Shown here in pieces: positions 29,240-39,906 of a DNA stretch of 64,000 nt (position 1 is the first letter of the stretch; each line of letters opens with the position of its first letter). The DNA is from Gammaproteobacteria bacterium. GTDB taxonomy: Bacteria; Pseudomonadota; Gammaproteobacteria; G965277405. The DNA lies in the NCBI GenBank assembly GCA_965277405.1, contig OZ255726.1:64001-128000 (forward strand), read 5' to 3'. A program made the translations under genes and the position numbers. The notes beneath the pieces were generated by a model. It did not search any database, had not been told where the DNA came from, and saw nothing but the letters and a program-made list of their open reading frames with translations.

Positions 29240-29719
29240 TTAGGTTCCTTTGGCAAATAATGCTTGTCGCCATACTTCATACGCGCACACAGCAACACAG
29301 TTTGACAGATTCATACTGCGTGAACTTGCTTGCATCGGCAGTTTTGCGGTGTGGAACTGGTTACGGATATGTGCGGGTAAGCCGCGAGTCTCAGGGCCAA
29401 ACACTAAGGTGATATTCAGTGATAGTGTCAGGTCAAAGAAGTTGTTATTTGATTTGGTGGTAAGAGACACTATGTTTTGTGTTGCTAAATTATAGCAGTC
29501 AAGAAAGCCCTGCCAATCTTTATGTACAGTAACAATAGATTTATCGTGATAATCTAGCCCACTCCGCCGTAAGTATTTATCTGCAAGTGAAAACCCCAGC
29601 GGTTGAATCAGCTCCAAGGCAAAACCGGCATTGGCGCAAAGGCGGATGATATTGCCAGTATTCTGCGGTATTTCTGGTTCGTATAAGACAATTCTCGGCT
29701 GTTTTGACTCGACCAACAT
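29240..29719 (-). CDS. trmL: tRNA (cytidine/uridine-34-2'-O)-methyltransferase
   Basis: LYEPEIPQNTGNIIRLCAN, RRSGLDY, FGPETRGLP, RSMNLSN. Confidence 0.95.
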   Translation of the reverse strand: MLVESKQPRIVLYEPEIPQNTGNIIRLCANAGFALELIQPLGFSLADKYLRRSGLDYHDKSIVTVHKDWQGFLDCYNLATQNIVSLTTKSNNNFFDLTLSLNITLVFGPETRGLPAHIRNQFHTAKLPMQASSRSMNLSNCVAVCAYEVWRQALFAKGT

Positions 29720-31326
29720 TAATCAGCAGGGATGTTATAGCTTGCAAAAAAATCGTTGCCTTTATCATCAACTATAATAAAAGCAGGAAATTTTTCAACT
29801 TGGATTTTCCAAACCGCTTCCATGTTGAGCTCAGGAAAATCAAGAACTTCAATACGTTTGATATAAGATTCTGCAACGTGTGCAGCAGTTCCGCCGATAG
29901 TCCCTAAATAAAAGCCACCATGCTTTTTGCATGCGGCGGTCACCTGGTTAGATCTGTTGCCTTTTGCCAGCATCACCATCGAGCCGCCGTATTCTTGCAT
30001 GATATCAACATATGTGTCCATCCGCCCAGCGGTGGTTGGACCAAATGAGCCAGAAGGTTTTCCTACAGGCGTTTTGGCAGGGCCCGCATAATACACTGGA
30101 GATTGTTTAAAGTATTCTGGTAGTCCACGCCCTTCGACAATTGCTTGTTTGAGCTTTTCGTGGGCAATGTCACGGGCAACTATCAATGTACCGCTCAACA
30201 ACACTTGCGTTGCAACAGGGTGTGGACGGAGTTGCTTAAGCGTTTGCTCCATGCCATCGTCAAGGTTAATTATTGGGGCTTTATTTTGCAGGCCAGTGAC
30301 AGCGATTTCAGGCATATAGCGTGCAGGCTCGTGCTCCAATTGTTCAAAAAATACCCCGTCTTCATCGATATAGGCAAGAGCTTGTCGATCTGCAGAGCAG
30401 GAAACACCGATTGCAATTGGCAGGCTTGCTCCGTGTCTGGGTAGGCGGACCACACGGACATCATGACAGAAATATGTGCCGCCAAACTGTGCGCCAATGC
30501 CAATTTTTTTACTGATTTCATACACCTGTTGCTCCAGCTTTGCATCGCGGAATACGCGTCCTGCAGCATCGCCGCTTGTTGGTAAATTATCAAGATAGTG
30601 ACAACTTGCCAATTTTACAGTCTTTAGTGCCAGTTCTGCTGAAGTGCCGCCGATAACCACGGCCAGATGGTACGGCGGGCATGCCGAGGTACCAATCGTT
30701 TTCATTTTTTCTTCAAGAAAAGCCAATAAGCTGGTTTCGTTGAGGATGGCGCGAGTTTGCTGGTATAAAAAACTCTTGTTGGCACTGCCTCCTCCTTTGG
30801 CGATGAACAAAAATTTATAACTATTACCTTTTGTAGAAAAAATATCGATTTGCGCAGGGAGGTTATTGCCCGTGTTCTGCTCTTCATACATTGACAACGG
30901 AGCCATTTGGCTAAAGCGTAAATTATGCTGTGCATACGCAGCAGAGATACCACTTTCTAATGCCGCGGTATCGTCACCATCAACAAAAACTTTTTCGCCT
31001 TTATATGCAGTGATGATTGCCGTACCAGTATCTTGGCACATCGGCAGTATTCCACCTGCAGCGATGTTAGCGTTTTTGAGCAAGTCAAAAGCGACAAATT
31101 TATCATTTTCTGACGCATGTTCATCTGCCAAAATACTAGCAAGTTGTTGCAAATGCTTGGGGCGCAGAAAGTGAGATATTTCATAAAACGCCAGCGTGGT
31201 CAGTAGTTGCAATAACTGTGCATCAACGCTTAAGATTTCGTGATCGCCAATACGTTCAATGCAAGGTTGTGGCGCCTCTAGCTCTAGCCTTTTAAATGGA
31301 GTATCGTTGTGGTGATATGTGAACAT
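29719..31326 (-). CDS. Class I (Fe-S) fumarate hydratase
   Basis: [45 protein letters not shown]. Confidence 0.96.
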   Translation of the reverse strand: MFTYHHNDTPFKRLELEAPQPCIERIGDHEILSVDAQLLQLLTTLAFYEISHFLRPKHLQQLASILADEHASENDKFVAFDLLKNANIAAGGILPMCQDTGTAIITAYKGEKVFVDGDDTAALESGISAAYAQHNLRFSQMAPLSMYEEQNTGNNLPAQIDIFSTKGNSYKFLFIAKGGGSANKSFLYQQTRAILNETSLLAFLEEKMKTIGTSACPPYHLAVVIGGTSAELALKTVKLASCHYLDNLPTSGDAAGRVFRDAKLEQQVYEISKKIGIGAQFGGTYFCHDVRVVRLPRHGASLPIAIGVSCSADRQALAYIDEDGVFFEQLEHEPARYMPEIAVTGLQNKAPIINLDDGMEQTLKQLRPHPVATQVLLSGTLIVARDIAHEKLKQAIVEGRGLPEYFKQSPVYYAGPAKTPVGKPSGSFGPTTAGRMDTYVDIMQEYGGSMVMLAKGNRSNQVTAACKKHGGFYLGTIGGTAAHVAESYIKRIEVLDFPELNMEAVWKIQVEKFPAFIIVDDKGNDFFASYNIPAD

Positions 31327-31360
31327 TATGCCACAAGTATATCGGCACGTTCTTAAATAA

Positions 31361-31395
31361 AAAAAGCCGCTACAACTATTTTGTAGCGGCTTTTT
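31361..31395. terminator. Bidirectional intrinsic terminator-like hairpin
   Basis: AAAAAGCCGCTACAA-CTATT-TTGTAGCGGCTTTTT. Confidence 0.8.
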
Positions 31396-31462
31396 GATGT
31401 ATCTAAGATGGGTGAAGCGTCGCTGTTACAGCCGACAGCCACACTTCATTGCACCTTAATCC

Positions 31463-31790
31463 TTAAGCCCTAACGTCTTTGATAAGCACAATGCCAAGAG
31501 AAACCATCATCCGTACCATAACCACGGTGAACGGCAATGCACCAATAATCATCGCGCTTTTCAGTGAATCTAATGGATTAGCATCAATACCAGCATTGCC
31601 AGCAATAAACCAAAAAAACCAACGACTGCCGTAACAATAACGCCACAAATGATACGGTGTTTATTTTCTGTCTCGCTGCCGCCACCAGAGATGATGGTGT
31701 TAATGACTAACAGCCCAGAGTCAGCAGTAGTAACTAGGTATGTCAAAACTAAAAGCACACACATAACTGAGACAGACACATGAAACACTC
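31463..31790 (-). pseudogene. BCCT (betaine/choline/carnitine) transporter C-terminal remnant
   Basis: TYLVTTADSG and LKSAMIIGALPF lie in different frames. The 5' part is replaced by a MITE end at 31797. Confidence 0.8.
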
Positions 31791-31796
31791 CGCTAA

Positions 31797-31840
31797 GGAA
31801 GCTCTGATTAACTCACTGCAGCAGCGAGTTAACCAGCGGT
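31797..31840. repeat. Palindromic mini-derivative of the MITE end
   Basis: CTAA|GGAAGCTCTGATTAACTCACTGCAGCAGCGAGTTAACCAG. Confidence 0.7.
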
Positions 31841-31908
31841 TGATAAGGACTGCTATGGTTGTTTTAGTGTTTATTTTTCACCCATAAACAACTGAACACA
31901 TTACAAAA

Positions 31909-33432
31909 TTAAAAGAAACCAAGCGGTGCCGTGCTATAACTCACCAATAAGTTCTTAGTTTGTTGATAATGATCGAGCATCATTTTGTGGGTCTCTCTAC
32001 CAATCCCAGATTTTTTATACCCGCCAAATGCCGCATGTGCAGGGTATAAGTGATAGCAATTTGTCCATATCCTGCCGGCCTTAATGGCACGTCCCATTCG
32101 ATACGATAGATTTATATCTCTTGTCCAAACGCCTGCACCTAAACCATATATTGTGTCGTTGGCAATCTGAATGACCTCTTCTTCATTCTTGAAGGTAGTT
32201 ATCCCAACAACTGGTCCAAAAATCTCTTCTTGAAACACTTTCATGGAATTGTTTCCTTTCAACAAGGTCGGTTGAATGTAAAACCCCTTGTTTAAGTCGT
32301 TACTTTGTCGTTGCTTTTCTCCACCTATGAGCACTTCGACCCCTTCTTCTCGTCCTGTTTTAATGTATGCAAGAATTTTTTCGTATTGCTCTAAACTCAC
32401 CTGAGCGCCAACTTGAGTATCAGTGTCTAAAGGATTACCTTGCGTAATGCCCTTTGTTCGGGTAACGAGCTTTGCCACGAATTTTTCATATATTGATTCT
32501 TGGACTAAAATACGCGAAGGACAGGTGCATACTTCACCTTGGTTTAAAAACGCCAATGCGGCACCTTCTAAACACTTATCGAGGAACTCATCTCCATGTT
32601 GAAAAATATCTTCAAAAAAAATGTTTGGAGACTTGCCACCTAATTCAACAGTTGCTGGGATTAAGCTGGCAGCGGCGTTTTGTAATACAATTGCACCAAC
32701 AGCACTCGATCCAGTAAACGCAAGTTTGTCAATGCGGTCTGAACTTGACAAAGCCGCACCCGCCTCTTCACCATATCCTTGAACCACATTTAAGACACCT
32801 GGCGGCAACAAGTCACCGACGAGTTCCATAAACATGCAAATCGATACCGGTGTTTGTTCTGCTGGCTTAAATACAATACAGTTGCCAGTTGCTAATGCGG
32901 GTGGGATTTTCCAAGCAGCCATCAATAACGGAAAATTCCACGGGATGATTTGCCCAACAACGCCTAACGGCTCGTGGAAATGATACGCCACTGTTGTATT
33001 ATCTATCTCACTATGGGTACCTTCTTGAGCGCGAATGCAGCCCGCATAATAACGAAAGTGATCGACTACCAACGGCATGTCCGCAGCCAGAGTCTCCCTG
33101 ACTGGCTTGCCATTATCCCAAGTTTCAGCAACAGCCAACATTTCAAGATTAGCTTCAATGATATCAGCCATTTTCAGCAAGATATTTGACCGCTCGGTGA
33201 CTGAAGTTTTTCCCCAACTATCTGCTGCAGCCTTAGCAGCATCGATAGCTAGATCGATGTCTTCTGCCGTTGAACGCGGAACTTCACAGATAACTTCGCC
33301 GTTTACGGGACTAATATTCTCAAAATATTTACCTTGAACGGGAGCAACCCATTTACCATTGATATAGTTTTGGTATTTTTTTTTGAATGAAACAATAGCT
33401 CCTTCAGAACCTGGTTGTGCGTATATCATCAT
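31909..33432 (-). CDS. aldB: Aldehyde dehydrogenase, AldB/ExaC type
   Basis: [56 protein letters not shown]. Confidence 0.9.
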   Translation of the reverse strand: MMIYAQPGSEGAIVSFKKKYQNYINGKWVAPVQGKYFENISPVNGEVICEVPRSTAEDIDLAIDAAKAAADSWGKTSVTERSNILLKMADIIEANLEMLAVAETWDNGKPVRETLAADMPLVVDHFRYYAGCIRAQEGTHSEIDNTTVAYHFHEPLGVVGQIIPWNFPLLMAAWKIPPALATGNCIVFKPAEQTPVSICMFMELVGDLLPPGVLNVVQGYGEEAGAALSSSDRIDKLAFTGSSAVGAIVLQNAAASLIPATVELGGKSPNIFFEDIFQHGDEFLDKCLEGAALAFLNQGEVCTCPSRILVQESIYEKFVAKLVTRTKGITQGNPLDTDTQVGAQVSLEQYEKILAYIKTGREEGVEVLIGGEKQRQSNDLNKGFYIQPTLLKGNNSMKVFQEEIFGPVVGITTFKNEEEVIQIANDTIYGLGAGVWTRDINLSYRMGRAIKAGRIWTNCYHLYPAHAAFGGYKKSGIGRETHKMMLDHYQQTKNLLVSYSTAPLGFF

Positions 33433-33535
33433 TTCCCCTCAAATAATTAAACTTGCATATTAGCTTATTGCGCATAACCAGTAAAGAAATATTCCTGAAT
33501 TTGGGTATTGCTGAACTTGCCACACTATTGTTTAG

Positions 33536-33556
33536 GGAAGCTCTGATTAAGTCGCT
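33536..33556 (+). repeat. Solo IS5/MITE terminal repeat
   Basis: TTAG|GGAAGCTCTGATTAAGTCGCT. Confidence 0.75.
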
Positions 33557-33588
33557 ATGGCAGCGGACGGAATGTCCGTTGCCTGATG

Positions 33589-34356
33589 TCAATGATACAG
33601 TATTAGCAGCACCACCCCGAACATAATTCGATACCAGCCAAACGCGGCATACGTAAACGATGCTAAGAAGTGAATAAAAACCTTGATAATAATATATGCC
33701 GTCACAAACGCGACGATAAATCCTGAGAGTAAAGGCAGTAAATCCTCATTAGTAAATTCTTGATAGTGCAAAATAATATCAAAACTGGCGGCGGCAAACA
33801 TAACAGGGAGCGCGAGTAAAAAGGAAAACTCAGCGCTGGCTTTGCGGCTTAAACCAACCAATAACCCGCCTACAATCGTGGCACCTGCTCGGCTTGTACC
33901 TGGAATAAGTGCACATACTTGTGCTAGACCTATTATCAGCGCCTGCGAATACGTCACTGCGTCGATAGTAGTAACAGGGCTTTGTTTATCGGCAATAAAT
34001 CGCTCCACAATCAAGAATATCACACCACCAACAACAAACATTACCGCAACAACAGTCACAGAAAACAATGATTTTATTTGTTGATAAAACAACAAGCCAA
34101 CAATACCAACAGGGATAAATGACAAGGCAATCTTCAGCCATACAGTAAAATACTTAAAGGTAAACCGCTCTTTGTAACTCACCACAACCGCCAAAATTGC
34201 CGCAAACTGAATAATCACCTCGAATGCCGTATTTGTATCAGTTTGCGCCAATCCCAACCAATCGCTAACAACAATAAGATGCCCAGTGGAAGAAATTGGC
34301 AAAAACTCGGTCAAACCTTCAATAAAGCCCAAAATAATGCTTTGATATAAATCCAT
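33589..34356 (-). CDS. uppP: Undecaprenyl-diphosphatase
   Basis: [35 protein letters not shown]. Start MDLYQ at 34356; the longer ORF runs into the MITE. Confidence 0.95.
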   Translation of the reverse strand: MDLYQSIILGFIEGLTEFLPISSTGHLIVVSDWLGLAQTDTNTAFEVIIQFAAILAVVVSYKERFTFKYFTVWLKIALSFIPVGIVGLLFYQQIKSLFSVTVVAVMFVVGGVIFLIVERFIADKQSPVTTIDAVTYSQALIIGLAQVCALIPGTSRAGATIVGGLLVGLSRKASAEFSFLLALPVMFAAASFDIILHYQEFTNEDLLPLLSGFIVAFVTAYIIIKVFIHFLASFTYAAFGWYRIMFGVVLLILYH

Positions 34357-34481
34357 TATAGCGAAATCCAACAATTGAAATGTAATCTGGTGTGGCTTAC
34401 TCACAATCAGAAGACAGCAAAAAGTAATACCCTGATGCCTTAATTCGTATTTAAGCAACCTGTGAACACAGCTGCGCTTAG

Positions 34482-34769
34482 GGAAGCTCTGATTAAGCCG
34501 CTGCTGGAGCGAGTTTGCTTGCAATTGCTGATGATTGCAAGGCGCAAACCGCTGGGCGCATGACCTAGCTATACGCCAAGGGATGCAACACAGCAAGCGC
34601 AGCAATTACCATCAAACCCAAAGTATATTCAACACAACGACGGGAAAAAACGCTGAGCTAACGTCGTTGCAGCACTTGATAATACCACCAGTATTATCTG
34701 CGCACTGCGTCTAGTTATCATCAGCGTTTTTTCTCCGTCTCGCCCATCATGGACTTAATCAGAGCTTCC
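34482..34769 (+). mobile_element. IS5-derived MITE, full length
   Basis: Perfect TIRs GGAAGCTCTGATTAA / TTAATCAGAGCTTCC. Flanks TTAG and GTAG. Confidence 0.93.
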
Positions 34770-34811
34770 GTAGCTAACCCAACGTAGCCGATAATTCATC
34801 TTTTTGCAAAG

Positions 34812-35056
34812 ATGTTCATGAAGATGCTAACAACACAGTCCAGCTGTTACTGTTGCTAATTGCGTGCTCGAAAGCACCGCAGCTTGTGCTGAAGAACAAC
34901 AGGACAGGTGTCAATCTAAATAGCGCTGATGCCCAAACAATTGCAGCGCCAATGCACAGCGTTGGACAACAGCAAGCGCCAGCAAGCGTTGCATATCGGT
35001 AGCAATATGGCGAATTTGCAGATTTAAAAAATCAGTCTCATCACAGCAAACTCTAA
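34812..35056 (+). pseudogene. ComEA-like helix-hairpin-helix DNA-uptake protein, decayed
   Basis: From 34907: GVNLNSADAQTIAAPMHSVGQQQAPASVAYR*QYGEFADL, matching ComEA VNINTADA...GVG..KA.AIVAYR..G.F with an in-frame stop. Confidence 0.7.
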
Positions 35057-35114
35057 CCAAGCAAATCTGCATAATTCAACCACAACCATTGCCTTAAATG
35101 GCTATGATGCGCCG

Positions 35115-36680
35115 ATGCATCAATCCATTGTTATCCTCGATTTCGGTTCACAATTCACCCAGCTTATCGCGCGTAGGCTACGAGAGATTGGCGTGCTCAG
35201 TTTGATTCTGCCGTATGACGCCGATTACCAAACCACCATAGCAGCCAATGATGTGATCGCGGTGGTGCTCTCTGGCAGCCCAGAATCGGTCACTGACAAA
35301 CACCCACAATGCCAAACTGCATGGTTGCTTGGTCACTTGCCACTACTTGGTATTTGCTATGGTCAGCAGTTAATCGTCCAACATTTTGCAGGGACGGTTA
35401 TTGCATCGCCGCAAAAAGAATTTGGGATGACCAACTTGACCATCCACGGCAGCGACGCCATCGATCAAGACAACAGCATTTGCTCGATGTTTGCCCAAGG
35501 CGAGTCAACACCAGTGTGGATGAACCACGGCGACAAAGTTACTGAGTTGCCAGCGTGCTTTGCCACTCTTGCCAGCAGCGATAATTCACCGTATGCCATT
35601 ATCCAACACCGCAGCTTACCTATGTATGCGATGCAGCTGCACCCAGAAGTCACCCACACCGCGCGCGGCAGCGAGATGTTGCGCTGGTTTGCCGTCAACG
35701 CTGCTGGGGCGCGTTGCGATTGGCAGCTTGATGATGTGTTGAGCGAGCAAGTCGCAGCAATCAAAACAACCTGCGCCACCTGGCCACACAAACAAGTGAT
35801 TTTGGGGTTATCTGGCGGGGTAGACTCTGCGGTTGCCGCGGCATTACTCCACCGTGCCATTGGTGATCGCCTGACCTGCATTTTTATCGACCACGGCATG
35901 CTGCGCCACAACGAGGCAGCGTTGGTCAAGCAAGTATTTGCAGCGCATTTTGGCATTCGCTTGATTGCTATCGATGCCAGTGAGCAGTTTCTTAGCGCAT
36001 TGGTTGATGTTGCCGACCCAGAACAAAAACGCAAAATCATCGGCAAGGCATTTATTGAGGCGTTTACCGCGGCAAAGCAACACGTTGCCAACGCCCATTG
36101 GCTGGCACAAGGGACGATTTATCCCGATGTGATTGAATCCGCAGTCGCCGGCAGCGCCCATGTGATCAAGTCGCACCATAATGTTGGCGGTTTGCCAGAA
36201 AATTTACAGTTTACCCTGATCGAGCCATTGCGTGATTTATTCAAAGATGAAGTCCGCAAACTCGGAAAATTGCTCGGATTACCAGCTGAGATTATCGGCA
36301 GGCATCCATTCCCAGGCCCAGGACTTGCAGTACGTATTCTTGGTGCAGTCACCCGTAAATTCATTACCATCATCCGTGCCGCGGATGCAATATTTATTGA
36401 AGAGCTACACCTCCATGATCTATATAACGCATCCAGTCAAGCATTTGTGGTGTTCATCCCACAACGCACTGTTGGGATAAAAGGCGACGCGCGCGCCTAT
36501 GAATACGTTGTCGCCCTGCGCGCAGTCACCACCCAAGACTTTATGACCGCAACATGGACCCACCTCCCCCACGAATTTCTTGACCTCACCGCGCGGCGCA
36601 TCATGAACGAAGTCGCTGGCATCACCCGCGTCGTCTATGACATTTCCAGCAAACCCCCAGCAACGATTGAATGGGAATAA
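35115..36680 (+). CDS. guaA: GMP synthase (glutamine-hydrolysing)
   Basis: ILDFGSQFTQLIARR, GICYGQQ, LSGGVDS, IKSHHNVGGLP, SKPPATIEWE. Confidence 0.98.
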   Translation: MHQSIVILDFGSQFTQLIARRLREIGVLSLILPYDADYQTTIAANDVIAVVLSGSPESVTDKHPQCQTAWLLGHLPLLGICYGQQLIVQHFAGTVIASPQKEFGMTNLTIHGSDAIDQDNSICSMFAQGESTPVWMNHGDKVTELPACFATLASSDNSPYAIIQHRSLPMYAMQLHPEVTHTARGSEMLRWFAVNAAGARCDWQLDDVLSEQVAAIKTTCATWPHKQVILGLSGGVDSAVAAALLHRAIGDRLTCIFIDHGMLRHNEAALVKQVFAAHFGIRLIAIDASEQFLSALVDVADPEQKRKIIGKAFIEAFTAAKQHVANAHWLAQGTIYPDVIESAVAGSAHVIKSHHNVGGLPENLQFTLIEPLRDLFKDEVRKLGKLLGLPAEIIGRHPFPGPGLAVRILGAVTRKFITIIRAADAIFIEELHLHDLYNASSQAFVVFIPQRTVGIKGDARAYEYVVALRAVTTQDFMTATWTHLPHEFLDLTARRIMNEVAGITRVVYDISSKPPATIEWE

Positions 36681-37687
36681 CCGCTGCCAAAAAACCACAA
36701 TACAACCGCTGGCAAGGCAACACCTAATTATGGAACCTCTGATTTGTTTCAAAATCTAAGTTGTAAGTTTAGTTTAAAGTAATATTTACCATTACGTTCT
36801 TTGTAAACTGATGCGAAGCGATGCCGTGTAGTTGATGGTGTATCAAATTTAACTTCATTGAATAAGAAATCTTCAAGAACACTGAGCTGTATAATGTGGA
36901 AAGCTACTTGACTACCATCGTTTTTTACTACGATAGTTCCGTTCGCTGAGAACTTACCATCCCATTTTTTTCCAGAAAACAGCCCTAGTAGAACAGCAAC
37001 TAAAAATCTTTTTAGTTTTATTTTATGCCCATCTTCGTCAATCATTCCCCTTATTTTAAAATTTTTTGTATTATGAAGGTGCGTTAAATTTTCCGACAAC
37101 GAATTGTATCGATTTAAATAGAAATTAAGGAGCATTTCGGAGACAAGTTTTGGCAAATTATTATCAAGAACTGTCAAATTGTAATTCATTGTTTCTGCTT
37201 CAATTCGTGAAAATTTAAAGTTACTTCCCCTAGCAGTAATACATGAAATTCTATCTTTTGTTTTTGTGCGCGAGTTAATTTTATTAACTTGTTCTAGTGC
37301 CACATCATCGAAGTCAGTTACCTCGTAGATAAAGTTTGTATTACTTCCAGATGCATTTAATAAGGTGGGTTTTGCACCAAGATAAGATTTAATTCCGAAA
37401 CCTTCCTTATCGTATCTCCTACCTTTGCTAGTTACATCTAATACAATGTCAGCTTTTTGGTTAGATTTACCTCCGTTAACTATCTGTATTCCCATATTCT
37501 CAAAAATTAACTCAATATCATCAATCAAAAATGTGCCATTACCGCCTTGTATTGATTTTTTAAATTTTACTATATCGTTATTTTGAAAAATAGTATTCGC
37601 AGCATAAGTTTTCAAGGACTTGCAATCATTTATCTCAACTCCATCACTCAGCAGATTAACTTCCTGCTTTATATTCAAAGTAGTTAA

Positions 37688-38711
37688 GGCTCTATTTGAA
37701 TAAATTGTTGAAATATGATATGCTACAAGTATCAATCACATCCACAATGCTCTAAATCATGAAGACCTCTGAATTTAATCAGTTAAAACAAGCAGTTAAT
37801 GGGCTTTCTCCAAAGCAAAAGGCTGACTTAGAACAGCATTTAATCAATCCAGAATCGCAACCTCAAGTGCTGAAATTACTTGAACAAGCGGTACATGGAT
37901 GCCCTCATTGTCAACATGACAGTACCTATAAGTGGGGCACGTCAAAAGGACGTCAGCGGTATCGTTGTCGATCATGCTTAAAAACCTATAATGCACTAAC
38001 GGGTTCAGAATTGAATGGTCTGCATAAGCCTGAACTCTGGGAACAATACTGCCAAACGATGGTTGATTCAAAATCGCTGCGCATTGCTGCAAAGGAATGC
38101 GGCATCAACCTCACCACGGCATTCACATGGCGTCATAAATTTCTTAAATTGGCTGATTTACTTATGAGCAAGCAGCTTGAAGGCATTGTCGAAATAGATG
38201 AAACTTGGTTTAAATATTCTGAAAAAGGCAGTCGCTATTTAACCACTGGCAAGCCGCGAAAACGCGGTAATAGCAAAGCATCTACAGTGAAAGCTGTTAT
38301 TGGCATCGATCGAAGTGGCAACATTGTCGATCAGGTTGTAGAGCACTTTACGCTGGATCAATTACAGGCAACCTTTGTACCTAAACTCGCCGACGATCTG
38401 GTTCTCTGTACCGACGGTCATATCAATTATGAGCATCTAGCCAAGCAGAAAAATATCAATCATGTCGTGTTAAATCAAAGCCTTGGTGAGCGGGTCAAAG
38501 ACAAAGTTTTTCATATTCAAACGGTGAACGCTTACCACATGAGGCTCAAGCAATGGCTAGCCCCTTTTCATGGTGTTGCAACTAAAAATCTTCATAAATA
38601 TTGTGGATGGTTTCGTTGGTTTGAGCTTAAAAAACGGGGAAATATATCCCCTGCCAGCTTCATGAGGGATATGCTGTATACAGCATTTCAACAAACTATC
38701 AGAACATAGCC
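37688..38711 (+). mobile_element. IS1595-family insertion sequence
   Basis: Imperfect ~27-bp TIRs (GGCT...TTGTTGAAAT). 8-bp target duplication GTAGTTAA at 37680-37687 and 38712-38719. Confidence 0.95.
37759..38709 (+). CDS. IS1595-family transposase
   Basis: Zn ribbon CPHC..CRSC, TAFTWRHK, VEIDET, LCTDG, HIQTVNAYH, FHGVATK. Confidence 0.94.
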   Translation: MKTSEFNQLKQAVNGLSPKQKADLEQHLINPESQPQVLKLLEQAVHGCPHCQHDSTYKWGTSKGRQRYRCRSCLKTYNALTGSELNGLHKPELWEQYCQTMVDSKSLRIAAKECGINLTTAFTWRHKFLKLADLLMSKQLEGIVEIDETWFKYSEKGSRYLTTGKPRKRGNSKASTVKAVIGIDRSGNIVDQVVEHFTLDQLQATFVPKLADDLVLCTDGHINYEHLAKQKNINHVVLNQSLGERVKDKVFHIQTVNAYHMRLKQWLAPFHGVATKNLHKYCGWFRWFELKKRGNISPASFMRDMLYTAFQQTIRT

Positions 38712-39906
38712 GTAGTTAATCTATTAACTTCAAAACATTCTTCAGTAGGATTAAGTTTCGCATCGCTAAAAATAATTTTTTTATCTAAGATTAGTTTAAG
38801 AAAGGAGTATAGCTCAGTCCATTCACGTTTATTTCTACTTTTAGACATATTATTTCCATTTATATTTCTATTATCTATTATGCACATGTAGTTAATAATA
38901 GCTGCTGCACATTCTTTTACGGCGTCAATTGCAACGCTATTTCCTAATTGTTTCATAGCCACTCGCCGTGAGTTAGGAAGAAGAAAGTTTGCAGGAAAAC
39001 CTTGCATTTTAACGCATGTACAGGCTGGATTCTGACTACTTCATTATTGACAAGATAAGAGTCCCAGTTACGCCTATCATCAATGTTTGAACCCGCACCG
39101 CCAACACGCAGAGTAAAGCCGATTTCTCTTGAGCATTCACCCTTAAAAACGTCTGACATATTAAATTTTAGTTGCGTATTTGGTGGAAATGAAAAACCTT
39201 TTAATAAGCCTTCATCTCTAAAACCAATCATAAATGCACGAGGGCGGTGCTGAGGTAGCCCATAATCAGTTGCTTTAACAACTTTAAAGTAAAAACTATA
39301 TCCAAGTTCATCTTCTAAAATTTCTCTAATTATTTTGAATGTTCTACTATTATCGTGATTAATAATTCCTCTAACATTTTCTAAAAAAAATGCTTTAGGC
39401 TTTTTTTCTTCAAGAATGTCGACTATATTAAAGAAGAGATTCCCACGTTCTGAATTCTTCCCATCGGCGAACCCTTCTTTGTAACCTGCCTGACTAAATG
39501 GTTGGCAGGGAAAACCAGCACATAATATATCAAAATCAGGAATTTCTGAGGGAGATATTTTTCTTATATCGTCGTTAAACATTCCATTTTCGAATAACTC
39601 TGGCGAAATTGAACTGTAATTTCTCTCATATGTAATTCGAGCCGACTCGTCGACTTCAGAAGAAAAAACGCATTCGCATCCTAATTGATGAAGTGCATAA
39701 TGAAATCCCCCAATTCCAGCAAATAAATCAATAAACTTTATCTGTTTTTGGGAATTCATATTTTATATTTTTCAAAGTCTTTAAGGAGTAAATACTGTTA
39801 ATACCGTTTAATTATACTTTAACAGTAGCCAAGCTACATGCTGAACCCGTAGCAGTTCAACGCTAATCTATTTACCAAGCAACACCATATTGGCAACATC
39901 GTCGCA

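Larger units (their letters stand above)
36749..39759 (-). pseudogene. Fused C5-cytosine DNA methyltransferase::HpaII-family restriction endonuclease, disrupted
   Basis: MTase motifs FAGIGG, GFPCQ, ENV, PQHRPR and QLGNSV run without a stop into NKREWTELYSFLKL and, past the IS, KADI, GFGIKSYLGAKPTLLNAS, KLNLQLRF. 1-nt frameshift near 39008; IS1595 at 37688-38711. Confidence 0.82.

Noticed and set aside
35465-36091. Long antisense ORFs (also 11624-12202, 61422-61994 and others)
   Set aside because: Shadows of well-supported genes on the opposite strand.
36660-39900. Integrase-driven guaA island
   Set aside because: The AT-rich block follows guaA, but no adjacent integrase or duplicated guaA 3' end was seen; only a partial TIR at 36732.
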